Shown here: positions 17,897 through 26,156 of the stretch, piece by piece
Position numbering within the stretch: the first letter of the stretch is position 1
Layout of the letters: each line of letters begins with the position of its first letter
NCBI GenBank assembly: GCA_964606905.1
Contig: CAZSIA010000001.1
Span: 1 to 42,656, forward strand
DNA: 42,656 nucleotides
Source: an uncultured Anaeroplasmataceae bacterium
GTDB taxonomy: Bacteria > Bacillota_I > Bacilli_A > Acholeplasmatales > Anaeroplasmataceae
Direction: 5' to 3'
Notes under the pieces: generated by a model
What the model was told of the DNA's origin: nothing
The model's input: the letters and a program-made list of their open reading frames with translations, nothing else
The model's database searches: none
Position numbers and translations under genes: made by a program

Positions 17897-18260
17897 TATA
17901 AACACCTCCCATAACATTAATTACTCTACTTAAGATAATGTTATGACCATCCTCGTTAAGTGTATACGTAATAACATATGTGCCCGCAACATTAGTATCT
18001 AATTTTCTTTCAACAACAACCATCTCGCTATAGTCTTTATCATCAATAACAAAAGTAAACCCTTCTTCTTGATAGATATCACCAACATTTAAAACAACAA
18101 TACTATCTCCACTTAGTTCAATTTTGGTAAATCCTTCTTTATTAGTAAAAGAATAAACTAAAAACCCAACTACTAACCCTATTACCAAAAAAAGAATTCC
18201 AAAAGCTAAAGATATGCCAGTCAAATGTTTCTTTAATACTTTTTTCACTTTCTTTTTCAT
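17886..18260 (-). CDS. membrane-anchored Ig-like (DUF5011-like) domain protein
   Basis: N-terminal TM GISLAFGILFLVIGLVVGFLVY, then LNVGDIYQEEGFTF...DYS...GTYVITYTL...SRVINV. I prefer the ATG at 18260 (SD GGGTGA). Confidence 0.6.
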   Translation of the reverse strand: MKKKVKKVLKKHLTGISLAFGILFLVIGLVVGFLVYSFTNKEGFTKIELSGDSIVVLNVGDIYQEEGFTFVIDDKDYSEMVVVERKLDTNVAGTYVITYTLNEDGHNIILSRVINVMGGVYSGE

Positions 18261-18292
18261 ACAAATTTCACCCAAGTTGATTATACACTAAA

Positions 18293-19525
18293 TTATTCTA
18301 ATTTAAAGTTTAATCCTATTTTTTTTAATTTTTTATAAATATCGTCATATCCTCTTTCTAAATAATTTAGATTATAAATAGTAGAATTTTGATTGATAAC
18401 TCCTTCTATAAGTAAAGAAGCTGCCGCTCTTAAATCAGTTGGAAATAAAGAAGCACCACAAATGTCTTTTTTACCATAGATAAACACTTTATTATCCATA
18501 ACAGCAATGTTCGCATTTGTTTTTTTTAACTCGTCACAAACACAAAACCGATTTTCAAAAATACCCTCAACAAACACACTAACACCTATAACCCTCGTAA
18601 AAACCGGATATAATAAAGGCATTTGATCAGTAGATAAAGAAGGATAATCACCACTATTAACTCTTATATTTTTTAAAATACTTTTCTTAACAATCAAACT
18701 TTTTTTATTAACTTTAATATCCGCACCTGCATTTTTAAAAAAGCAAATAGGCATTGCTAAATGATTTTTATTTACGTTTTTAATTTTAAGTTTTTCACTA
18801 TTAAGACCAATACACATATATGTAAAACATTCTATTCTATCTGGAATAATTTTATGATTAATTTTAGAAACAACACCATTATTCCCTACAATTATAACAT
18901 CATTATTTTTTCGATAAACTTTTGAACTGCCCTTATTAATAAAAGTTATTAAATCATCAATTTCTGGCTCAGTTGATGCATTTTTTATAATAGAAGTCCC
19001 TTCTATTTTACTACCTAAAATAATTAAATTAACTGTAGCTCCGAGTGATTTTTTCTTTAATCTATATATAAATGGTTTTAACTCACTTGAACTTACCTTT
19101 ATAACCTCATCATTTTCTACAACAGTACAGCCCGCACTCTTAAAACCTTCTAAATGAAAATCGATTGGTCTACTACCAATCGCACATCCACCCGGATAAT
19201 AAATTTCAACCTCACCAAAAAGGGCTATAAAAACACTCATCAAATAATATGAAGCCCTAAACTTCTTTACCTCATCAAAAAGAAGCAAGTTTTTCTTTAT
19301 TTCATTATCAATTTTTAAAGTCTTATTTTTATATACATTCCTACATCCAATTTTACTTAAAATAATTAAAAGATTATTTATATCATCAATATTTGGAACA
19401 TTTTTAAGTTTAATATTTCTAGCACTAACAAGTGATGCTGCAATTATAGGTAAGGCAGCATTTTTTGAACCACTAATTTTGACATTTCCTTTTATTTTAG
19501 AAGGATATATTATCATTTTCTTCAA
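18293..19525 (-). CDS. murA: UDP-N-acetylglucosamine 1-carboxyvinyltransferase
   Basis: 410 aa. N-terminus GSKNAALPIIAASL and catalytic Cys context PGGCAIGSRPIDFHL. Confidence 0.9.
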   Translation of the reverse strand: MKKMIIYPSKIKGNVKISGSKNAALPIIAASLVSARNIKLKNVPNIDDINNLLIILSKIGCRNVYKNKTLKIDNEIKKNLLLFDEVKKFRASYYLMSVFIALFGEVEIYYPGGCAIGSRPIDFHLEGFKSAGCTVVENDEVIKVSSSELKPFIYRLKKKSLGATVNLIILGSKIEGTSIIKNASTEPEIDDLITFINKGSSKVYRKNNDVIIVGNNGVVSKINHKIIPDRIECFTYMCIGLNSEKLKIKNVNKNHLAMPICFFKNAGADIKVNKKSLIVKKSILKNIRVNSGDYPSLSTDQMPLLYPVFTRVIGVSVFVEGIFENRFCVCDELKKTNANIAVMDNKVFIYGKKDICGASLFPTDLRAAASLLIEGVINQNSTIYNLNYLERGYDDIYKKLKKIGLNFKLE

Positions 19526-19627
19526 TTTTCATCACCACACCTTATATATATGCCCATAACTATAAAGAGTGCTAAATAAACTAGAAAAAGAAAAGGAATT
19601 GTAGTATAATAACGATTGGTGATTGTT

Positions 19628-21007
19628 ATGTTATCAAGAATAGAAAAAGATGAATTCGGCGAAATGGAATTACCCCTTAATGCTTATTACGGAATACAAT
19701 CATTAAGAAACAAAGAAAATTTCGCTGTAACAAAAATGAAAATATATAAGCAAATAATAAAATCATTAGCGATTGTTAAAAAAGCTTGTGCCTTATCAAA
19801 TTTTGATGCAGGTTATTTGTCTATTGAAAAAGCCAAGGCCATAGCCGCAGCATGCGATGAAGTCATAAATGGACGATTTTATAATCAATTTATTACGGAC
19901 GCAGTTCAAGGTGGTTCTTGTACCGCCTTTAACATCAATATGAATGAAGTATTATCTAATAGAGCCACAGAAATTTTAGGTGGAGAATTAGGAAAATACG
20001 ATTTAGTTACACTTGAAGATGTCAACTTATTTCAATCCGCTAATGACGTAGTACCAACTGCCGCTAAACATTCAATGATTGTTATTGGAAAAGGATTAAT
20101 AGTTGAAGCTAAAAAACTATTTAAAAGTTTTCAAGATAAAGCAAAAAAATATAATAAAGTTCTTAAGTTAGGTCGAAACCATTTACAAGATAGTCTTCCT
20201 ATATCCTTTGGCCAATTATTTGGTTCAATGGCTTCTACTATTACACGCGATATTACTAGACTAAATAAATCCCTTGAGAATCTATACACCGTAAATTTAG
20301 GAACCGGATCAATCGGTGTTTTATATTATTCTGACGATAAATATGTTGAAAGTATATTAAAAAGATTTAATGAATTTACAGGAATGGAATTTGTTCATCC
20401 GGATAACACAATAGACGAATCAAGAAACTTAGATGAATTTGTAGAATTAGGAAATACTATAAAATTAATGGCAATCAATCTAAGCAAAACTGCAACCGAC
20501 ATAAGACTGATGGCAAGTGGTCCAAACTGTGGATTTAATGAAGTAAAATTACCAGCATACGAAAGACTAGATGGACTTAACTGCTCACAGGCAAGTCAAA
20601 GTATTCCAGAAATTGTAAACCAAGTTTGCTTCTTAATAATTGGAAAAGAAACTTCTATTACATTAGCCGCAGAACATGGAGAAATGGAAGCTAACGCTTT
20701 CGCATCTATCGTTTATTCATTAATTTTTGATTGCCTAGAATATATGCGTAGAGCCTTAAGAATATTAAGAGAATATTGTATTGAAGGTATGATTATAAAT
20801 GAAGTTGATTGTGCACAAAACATTGAAGAAAGCGATGGAATAATCGTTGCATTGTTAGGTAAAGTTGATTATCAAACTTGTATTAACATCCTTGAAGAAA
20901 CTGTGAAAAATGGAAAAACAATTAAAGAAGTTTGCTTAGAAATGAATATTATGAGCGAAGAAAAACTAAATAAATTATTAACTGTTGAAAATATAAAGGT
21001 AAAATAA
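19628..21007 (+). CDS. aspartate ammonia-lyase/class II fumarase superfamily protein with a degenerate active site
   Basis: Collinear with AspA from RIEKDEFGEMELP..AYYG to the C-terminus (DIRLMASGP...IPEIVNQVCFLIIG). The SS-loop GSSxMPxKxNP is replaced by LDGLNCSQASQ. The ATG at 19628 has GGTGAT 4 nt upstream; the track starts at the TTG at 19616. Confidence 0.8.
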   Translation: MLSRIEKDEFGEMELPLNAYYGIQSLRNKENFAVTKMKIYKQIIKSLAIVKKACALSNFDAGYLSIEKAKAIAAACDEVINGRFYNQFITDAVQGGSCTAFNINMNEVLSNRATEILGGELGKYDLVTLEDVNLFQSANDVVPTAAKHSMIVIGKGLIVEAKKLFKSFQDKAKKYNKVLKLGRNHLQDSLPISFGQLFGSMASTITRDITRLNKSLENLYTVNLGTGSIGVLYYSDDKYVESILKRFNEFTGMEFVHPDNTIDESRNLDEFVELGNTIKLMAINLSKTATDIRLMASGPNCGFNEVKLPAYERLDGLNCSQASQSIPEIVNQVCFLIIGKETSITLAAEHGEMEANAFASIVYSLIFDCLEYMRRALRILREYCIEGMIINEVDCAQNIEESDGIIVALLGKVDYQTCINILEETVKNGKTIKEVCLEMNIMSEEKLNKLLTVENIKVK

Positions 21008-21036
21008 AAAATTGATGAAATCCATCAATTTTTTAT
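21005..21036. terminator. bidirectional rho-independent terminator
   Basis: Stem TTGATG (21012-21017) / CATCAA (21023-21028), with an A-run before and TTTTTTATTTTT after, between convergent genes. Confidence 0.6.
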
Positions 21037-21038
21037 TT

Positions 21039-21431
21039 TTATTCACCCATTAATTCGTTAGATAATTTTATTATCTCATCTGCGTATTTTTCTTTTAATT
21101 TTTTGATTGTTTTTTTATAAATTGGATAAGCTAAAATCATTAAAATAATCCCAACAATACCAAACGGAATTCCTACATACCACACACTTTTCCATTCTAA
21201 GAAAAACGTCATACCTGTGCCAAAAATTAAACATCCAACAACACCCAAAGATAAAGATAAAATTAAAGGAGTGTTTTTCACTTTGCTATCTAATTTTTTA
21301 AGTAATTCAAATTTTTGTTCTCTTTCATTTTTTGGTAAATATTCTCTTCTAATACTTTCTATTTCTTCACGCTCACTTTGTGTTGGAGCGCTATAATTAT
21401 ACTCAAATTTTTTACTCATGTTATTTATCAC
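21039..21431 (-). CDS. small two-TM membrane protein, paralogue of 24159-24506
   Basis: 130 aa with a helical N-domain, a TM hairpin and the C-terminal helix YPIYKKTIKKLKEKYADEIIKLSNELMGE. Its start overlaps the kinase stop by 4 nt. Confidence 0.55.
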   Translation of the reverse strand: MINNMSKKFEYNYSAPTQSEREEIESIRREYLPKNEREQKFELLKKLDSKVKNTPLILSLSLGVVGCLIFGTGMTFFLEWKSVWYVGIPFGIVGIILMILAYPIYKKTIKKLKEKYADEIIKLSNELMGE

Positions 21432-22444
21432 CTTATAATTATTTTAAAAGTTGTCCCAAGACCAACTTCACTACTAACATTTATTTCTCCACCTAAAATG
21501 TCAATTACTTTTTTAACAAGGGCTAAGCCTAAACCATTTCCTTCATTATAATGAGATGTATCCCCTTGATAAAATTTATCAAATATGTGTTTTCCTGTTT
21601 CTTCATCCATACCACACCCATTATCCTTAATAACAACTATAAAACTATTATCAACTTTTATTAAAGAAACATAAATATAATCTTTTGTAAATTTAATAGC
21701 GTTACTAATTAAATTATTAAAGATAATTTCAAGATAACTTGCTTCACTTTCTATAACTAAATCTTCTTCAATTTCACATCTTAAATTTATCTTTTTATTT
21801 TCAATCAAGGATTCAAATTGTAAGATTTGTTCTGCAAGTAAATCACTTATATTAAATTTAGTTAAAGAAGGACGCAACCTTTGATTTTCTAATTTATTAA
21901 GTTGCAAAATATTCATAACTAATTTATTTAATTTGCCACAAGCTTCAATAAGACTATTCAAATATTTAGTCCTTTCTTCAACAGATAAACAATTATCATT
22001 TAATAAATTGGCATAATTCTTAATTACTTGAAGTGGTGTTTTAATCTCATGTGATACATTAGCTATAAAGTCGTTTTTCAAAATTTCACTCTTGCTAAGT
22101 TCACTAGCCATCTTATTTAAATCATATTTAATTAAATCAAATTCATCAAAATTACCATAGGAATGATTGGGCTTTAAATCAATCTTGAAATTACCTCTAG
22201 CCATCGCTTTTGTTGCATAAAGTATTTCCTCTAGTGGTTTTTGAATCATGTACCTTCTTCTAACAACATCAATAATTGAACATAATAACGCGTTAATAAT
22301 TATAATTAAAATTAGTAAAATAGCAATATGTGTTTTCTCCCACGTTTCAATCATTGAGAAAACTAACACACCAACACTTACATCAACAGTAGTCACAATT
22401 AAAAAGCCTAAAAAACCAAAAATAAAATATTTAAACTTTTTCAT
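21428..22444 (-). CDS. sensor histidine kinase, intramembrane-sensing architecture
   Basis: Two TM helices are separated by about 9 residues (MIETWEKTH). H-box NVSHEIKTPLQ, N-box LISNAIKFT, G1 DNGCGM and G2 GNGLGLALVKKVI. Confidence 0.9.
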   Translation of the reverse strand: MKKFKYFIFGFLGFLIVTTVDVSVGVLVFSMIETWEKTHIAILLILIIIINALLCSIIDVVRRRYMIQKPLEEILYATKAMARGNFKIDLKPNHSYGNFDEFDLIKYDLNKMASELSKSEILKNDFIANVSHEIKTPLQVIKNYANLLNDNCLSVEERTKYLNSLIEACGKLNKLVMNILQLNKLENQRLRPSLTKFNISDLLAEQILQFESLIENKKINLRCEIEEDLVIESEASYLEIIFNNLISNAIKFTKDYIYVSLIKVDNSFIVVIKDNGCGMDEETGKHIFDKFYQGDTSHYNEGNGLGLALVKKVIDILGGEINVSSEVGLGTTFKIIIR

Positions 22445-23112
22445 CGAATAACCACCTTATATCCAAGTCCATGAACTGTTTGAATTTCAAAACCGTCACA
22501 TTCTTTTGTTTTGTCTCGAATTTTTGCCATGTAAACATCAACAGTTCTACTAGTAGCACTTGAGTCAAAATCCCAAAATTCCTCCATAAGTCTTGATCTA
22601 CTAAATGTTTTCTTAGGAAAAGATAACATTGCGTATAAAATATCAAACTCTCTTACAGTAAAAGAAATTTCTTCACCATTAATATAGGCAGCATATTCTT
22701 CTTTATTCATTCTAAAATTACCAACAACAAGTTCATTATTCATTTCAATTTTCAATCTTCTCGCCATTGATTTAATCTTCATAACTAACTCATCTAAGTC
22801 AAAAGGTTTAACAATATAATCATCGATTCCTATTGTATAACCAATTTGTTTTGATATTTTATCTTCTCTAGCTGTAGTAAAAATAATTGGTATTAATTCA
22901 TTTTCTTCTCTAACTCTTCTAGCAAATTCAAACCCATCACATAAAGGCATCATAATATCTGTTATAATCAAATCAATTTTTTGATTATCAAATTCAGTTA
23001 AAGCATCTAATCCATTATAAACACTAATAACTTCATAGCCCTCTTTTTTCATTCTAAGAGTTGTTAAATAATTTAAATCTTTATCATCTTCAACTAACAA
23101 AATTCTTAACAT
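22441..23112 (-). CDS. response regulator, OmpR/PhoB family
   Basis: LLVEDDKD, DLIITDIMMPLCDG, KPF, and a C-terminal winged helix ending VHGLGYKV. Confidence 0.9.
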   Translation of the reverse strand: MLRILLVEDDKDLNYLTTLRMKKEGYEVISVYNGLDALTEFDNQKIDLIITDIMMPLCDGFEFARRVREENELIPIIFTTAREDKISKQIGYTIGIDDYIVKPFDLDELVMKIKSMARRLKIEMNNELVVGNFRMNKEEYAAYINGEEISFTVREFDILYAMLSFPKKTFSRSRLMEEFWDFDSSATSRTVDVYMAKIRDKTKECDGFEIQTVHGLGYKVVIR

Positions 23113-23116
23113 ACAC

Positions 23117-24064
23117 CTATTCCTCCTTTATTTTATAACAGCTTAGTTCAGCCATTTTTTTATCTAAAATATCAATAAGCTTTCTATTTTTAACATAAAA
23201 GATAAAAGCACCGACAGCATAAGGGAAAATTAGTATTTCTGATAAAACAACAACTAAAATATTGATATAAACATTCCACTTTAAAATAGGACTTTTTAAT
23301 CTAATTATGTGTCCATCAATTTTATCATCAACACGTTTTCCAACATACATATAGTCAGCATAAAATTTACTATTAGTTAATCTAATTGAAACTTCACTCA
23401 TATAAAAAGTTTCTAAATTTTGTATTTTATAAATGTTGTGTTCACGGTCAACAATACTGATTTTATGAGCTACAAAAATAAACACACCCATAAGCACAAT
23501 AATCGCACCGACAACTAACCCAAAAATTCCATCAAGCATTCTTGAATCAGTTTCACTAGCAAAACTCATCAATGCTACTTCAGTTAATACAATGGCTGTC
23601 ATTGCTGAACACAAATTTATGATTTTTATATTACGATAATAATGACCTTTACCATTCACTTTAAAACACCCTATTATCGCAATCGCTATTTCGACAAATG
23701 AAACAGTAGCTATTGAAATACCTAAAATCATATCATACTCCATTAATTCAACATTAGTATATAACATTCTGCCCATATAAATTGCATATTGTAATCCAGC
23801 TAATATTAAAAATAATCCTGTCATAAAATTACGATATTCAAAAGTTTTCTTATTTGGAAATTTTACTCCTAAATAACATTCAGATTTTGACATCATCATA
23901 AAGATATTTAATACTCCAGAAACCAAAAAGAATATCCCAAAGAAAAAAGATAAAAATATTTTCCCAACTGCCATAACAGCATTAAAAAGAATCGAAAATG
24001 TTGTTGAGAATATTGTTTTATCTTCAAATGATAAAGTTCGATATTTTTTTATTATTTTAAGCAT
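23117..24064 (-). CDS. hypothetical polytopic membrane protein, first gene of the two-component operon
   Basis: 315 aa, about six N-terminal TM helices, a soluble segment of about 70 aa, and a final TM. It ends 4 nt upstream of the regulator gene. I recognise no family. Confidence 0.5.
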   Translation of the reverse strand: MLKIIKKYRTLSFEDKTIFSTTFSILFNAVMAVGKIFLSFFFGIFFLVSGVLNIFMMMSKSECYLGVKFPNKKTFEYRNFMTGLFLILAGLQYAIYMGRMLYTNVELMEYDMILGISIATVSFVEIAIAIIGCFKVNGKGHYYRNIKIINLCSAMTAIVLTEVALMSFASETDSRMLDGIFGLVVGAIIVLMGVFIFVAHKISIVDREHNIYKIQNLETFYMSEVSIRLTNSKFYADYMYVGKRVDDKIDGHIIRLKSPILKWNVYINILVVVLSEILIFPYAVGAFIFYVKNRKLIDILDKKMAELSCYKIKEE

Positions 24065-24099
24065 AAAATCATCCCTTAATATATTAAGATTATAACATT

Positions 24100-24141
24100 T
24101 TAAAAAAATAAATTAAAGAGATACAAAAATTATATCTCTTT
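24100..24141 (-). terminator. rho-independent terminator after the 24159-24506 gene
   Basis: Minus strand reads AAAGAGATA-N9-TATCTCTTT followed by the T-rich AATTTATTTTTTA. Confidence 0.55.
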
Positions 24142-24158
24142 AAATAATTATATTTATT

Positions 24159-24506
24159 TTATTCTCCTAATAATTCATCGCTTAACGCTTTAATTTGGGC
24201 AGCATATTTTGCTTTACCTTTAGCAAGTATTTTTTTATAAATAGGATAATTGATACAAACCATAAAAATACCTACTAATCCTACCACTATTCCTAACCAC
24301 ATCACTCCTGGAAAAATCACTTCCATTGCAACACACATCCCAAATCCTAAAACAAGAGAACCAATAATACCAAACACTAAAGCAAATGTTAATGCAGGCT
24401 TAATAGATTTTGCGACTAACGCTCTTAACTCATCTAATTTAGTTGGTTCTGTTTCAGTATAACTTTTTAAAATTCTTTCAACATATTTTTTTTCGTTTGT
24501 ACTCAT
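24159..24506 (-). CDS. small two-TM membrane protein, paralogue of 21039-21431
   Basis: 115 aa with the same architecture and C-terminus (YPIYKKILAKGKAKYAAQIKALSDELLGE). Monocistronic, with its own terminator. Confidence 0.55.
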   Translation of the reverse strand: MSTNEKKYVERILKSYTETEPTKLDELRALVAKSIKPALTFALVFGIIGSLVLGFGMCVAMEVIFPGVMWLGIVVGLVGIFMVCINYPIYKKILAKGKAKYAAQIKALSDELLGE

Positions 24507-24599
24507 AAAATTTACCTCTTTCTTAATTTACAACTATATTTTAAAAAAAGATTATTAAATATTTCTTATCAAAATGTTAAAGAATTGTAAAACATATTA

Positions 24600-25430
24600 T
24601 TATTCTGTTTCAAATCCAATTAAAATGCCACCAGATTCTGCATAATAAGTAACTAAGCCTCTAGCATTGCAAATTTTTATATCAACTTCTTTAAACAAAT
24701 CAACAAAATATCCTTTAATTGAATTTGCAAACTCTAAGTTATTGACGTGCGAAATTCTTATCTTTCCACCTCGATATTTAGCGTTTATTAAATGTTCAAT
24801 AACTGTTCGAAACGTTCTTTTAAACCCTATGCACTTATTGAGAAGTTGAAGTTGACCTTCATAAGCTTTTCCAACAATCCTAATATTTAAAATTTTAGCA
24901 GCAAATTCTGATAACCTACTGATTCTTCCATTATGAGCTAAATTATGTAGTGATTCTAAAGAAAAGAATAATTCAGTATTACTTAAATAATTTGTCGCCT
25001 TAGTTACAACATCATCAAAAGAATTATTCTCTTTGATTAATTCCAAAATTTTCTCAATTAATAATTGCATTTCTGGCCCTGTAGAAAGCGAATCAAAAAC
25101 ATGAATCTTAACATTTGGATTACTTTCTAAATACATCTTTTTAGCGATTGATGCAGAATTATAAGAACCAGACAGCTTACTTGTAATTGTTACAACATAA
25201 ATCTCATCAAATCCTTCAAAACTTTCTAACCATACTCCACATGATGGACATGATGTTCCAGATTTCCCCTTATATTCACTTAAGTCTCGTACCATTTCAT
25301 CTATATTTAAAAAAACATCATCAACATACTCTTTTTCATTAGCAATAATTGTCAAAGGAATACAAGAAAACGCTACTCCTTCTAAAACCAATAAATCAGC
25401 AGATGAATCCGCAACAATTTTTATTTTCAT
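24600..25430 (-). CDS. DegV family fatty-acid-binding protein
   Basis: 276 aa. N-terminus MKIKIVADSSADL, TSCPS and SGSYNSA motifs typical of DegV. Confidence 0.85.
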   Translation of the reverse strand: MKIKIVADSSADLLVLEGVAFSCIPLTIIANEKEYVDDVFLNIDEMVRDLSEYKGKSGTSCPSCGVWLESFEGFDEIYVVTITSKLSGSYNSASIAKKMYLESNPNVKIHVFDSLSTGPEMQLLIEKILELIKENNSFDDVVTKATNYLSNTELFFSLESLHNLAHNGRISRLSEFAAKILNIRIVGKAYEGQLQLLNKCIGFKRTFRTVIEHLINAKYRGGKIRISHVNNLEFANSIKGYFVDLFKEVDIKICNARGLVTYYAESGGILIGFETE

Positions 25431-25507
25431 TTAAAATCCCCATTTCTTATAAATCTATTACACTTTTAAAATTAGATTTAATTTACAATTATATTTTACT
25501 AATATGA

Positions 25508-25636
25508 AATGACGAATTTTGGTATAAAAAGAGGAAAATAATTCTTTTTAATAACTTTCGACTAAAAAGGAATTTAAAAGGCATGACACCAAACGAAGTT
25601 AGATATCATGCCAATTATAATTTTATTTACTTTTAA
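25508..25636 (+). pseudogene. C-terminal remnant of a DDE (rve/integrase-core) transposase
   Basis: Hand translation gives NDEFWYKKRKIILFNNFRLKRNLKGMTPNEVRYHANYNFIYF*. The stretch FNN.R....LKGMTP.E.R matches the canonical YNN.R....L.g.sP.eYR tail of IS3/rve-type transposases. There is no start codon, and a stop lies immediately upstream. Confidence 0.45.
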
Positions 25637-25656
25637 TTTTTTTACATCGCATCTAC

Positions 25657-25899
25657 ATGACAAAAGGAAGTTCAAATTACTTAACAAGAATAATACTAAA
25701 TTATTTAAAAATAATTCTGAATTTTAACAAGGATTCATTTGATGAAGGTGTAATAAAAGCAATTTGTAATTCATCATCAAATACGCCAAGAATAATTGAT
25801 CGAACAATGGATTACGCATTACTAATAGCTGACAAATTGAATCCATCAATCATCACTAAAGAAATAATTCAAAAAGCAATTGAACAAACAATTTTATAA
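25657..25899 (+). pseudogene. C-terminal remnant of an ExeA/TniB-like AAA+ transposition-helper ATPase
   Basis: The 80-aa ORF YLTRIILNYL...FDEGVIKAICNSSSNTPRIIDRTMDYALLIA...IITKEIIQKAI resembles the C-terminal lid of ExeA-type ATPases (F.e.a...i...s.G.PR.IN...d.aLl.a). The whole P-loop half is missing. Confidence 0.4.
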
Positions 25900-25949
25900 T
25901 AAAAAACATGGTTAGTTTTAGTTACTTCACTAATTCTAAACATTTAATT

Positions 25950-26156
25950 CGAAAATATTCATCCTCTAATATGCAAAATTCATCTATAATTAATGTGCAA
26001 TTCAACACCATAACTCTTTCCTCGTTGGACCACGATTTCGCTATTGCTTCTTTCACGCTCCATCACCGGTTTACGCTTTGCAAGTTGCTATCGAGTTCGT
26101 CTACAACTTTGCCTCTTAGGACTTTCACCCTAGATATCATGACATGCCCGTCATAT
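25950..26156 (-). mobile_element. group II intron-like RNA fragment (class C-like domain I, 5' portion); no IEP ORF, no domain V/VI
   Basis: By hand count 26011-26150 is 46% G+C, in an approximately 28% genome. The minus-strand sense is purine-rich and dense in GNRA-type loops (GTGA, GCAA, GTAA, GAAA). AUAUG-ACGGGCAUGU-...CUAGGGUGAAAGUCC... and GAUGAAUUUUGCAUA resemble my recollection of the group IIC intron 5' region. It starts directly after the yebC terminator T-run. Confidence 0.45.

Noticed and set aside
17886-17917. The 32-nt overlap of the two Ig-like/MBL ORFs as evidence for a frameshifted single gene.
   Set aside because: Each ORF has its own signal-anchor helix. The downstream gene has a GTG at 17896 with a GGGAGGTG SD, which gives an ordinary 11-nt coupling overlap.
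25950-26156. The GC-rich island as RNase P RNA, tmRNA, 6S RNA or a riboswitch (cobalamin, FMN, ZTP, THF, T-box).
   Set aside because: - GAAAGUCC and GUAAACC occur, but they are too close together and no ACAGAA/CR-V element follows, so RNase P does not fit.
- There is no tRNA-like GGUUCGA...CCA end, so tmRNA does not fit.
- There is no long end-to-end helix, so 6S does not fit.
- The core riboswitch signatures are absent, and no gene lies downstream within leader distance.
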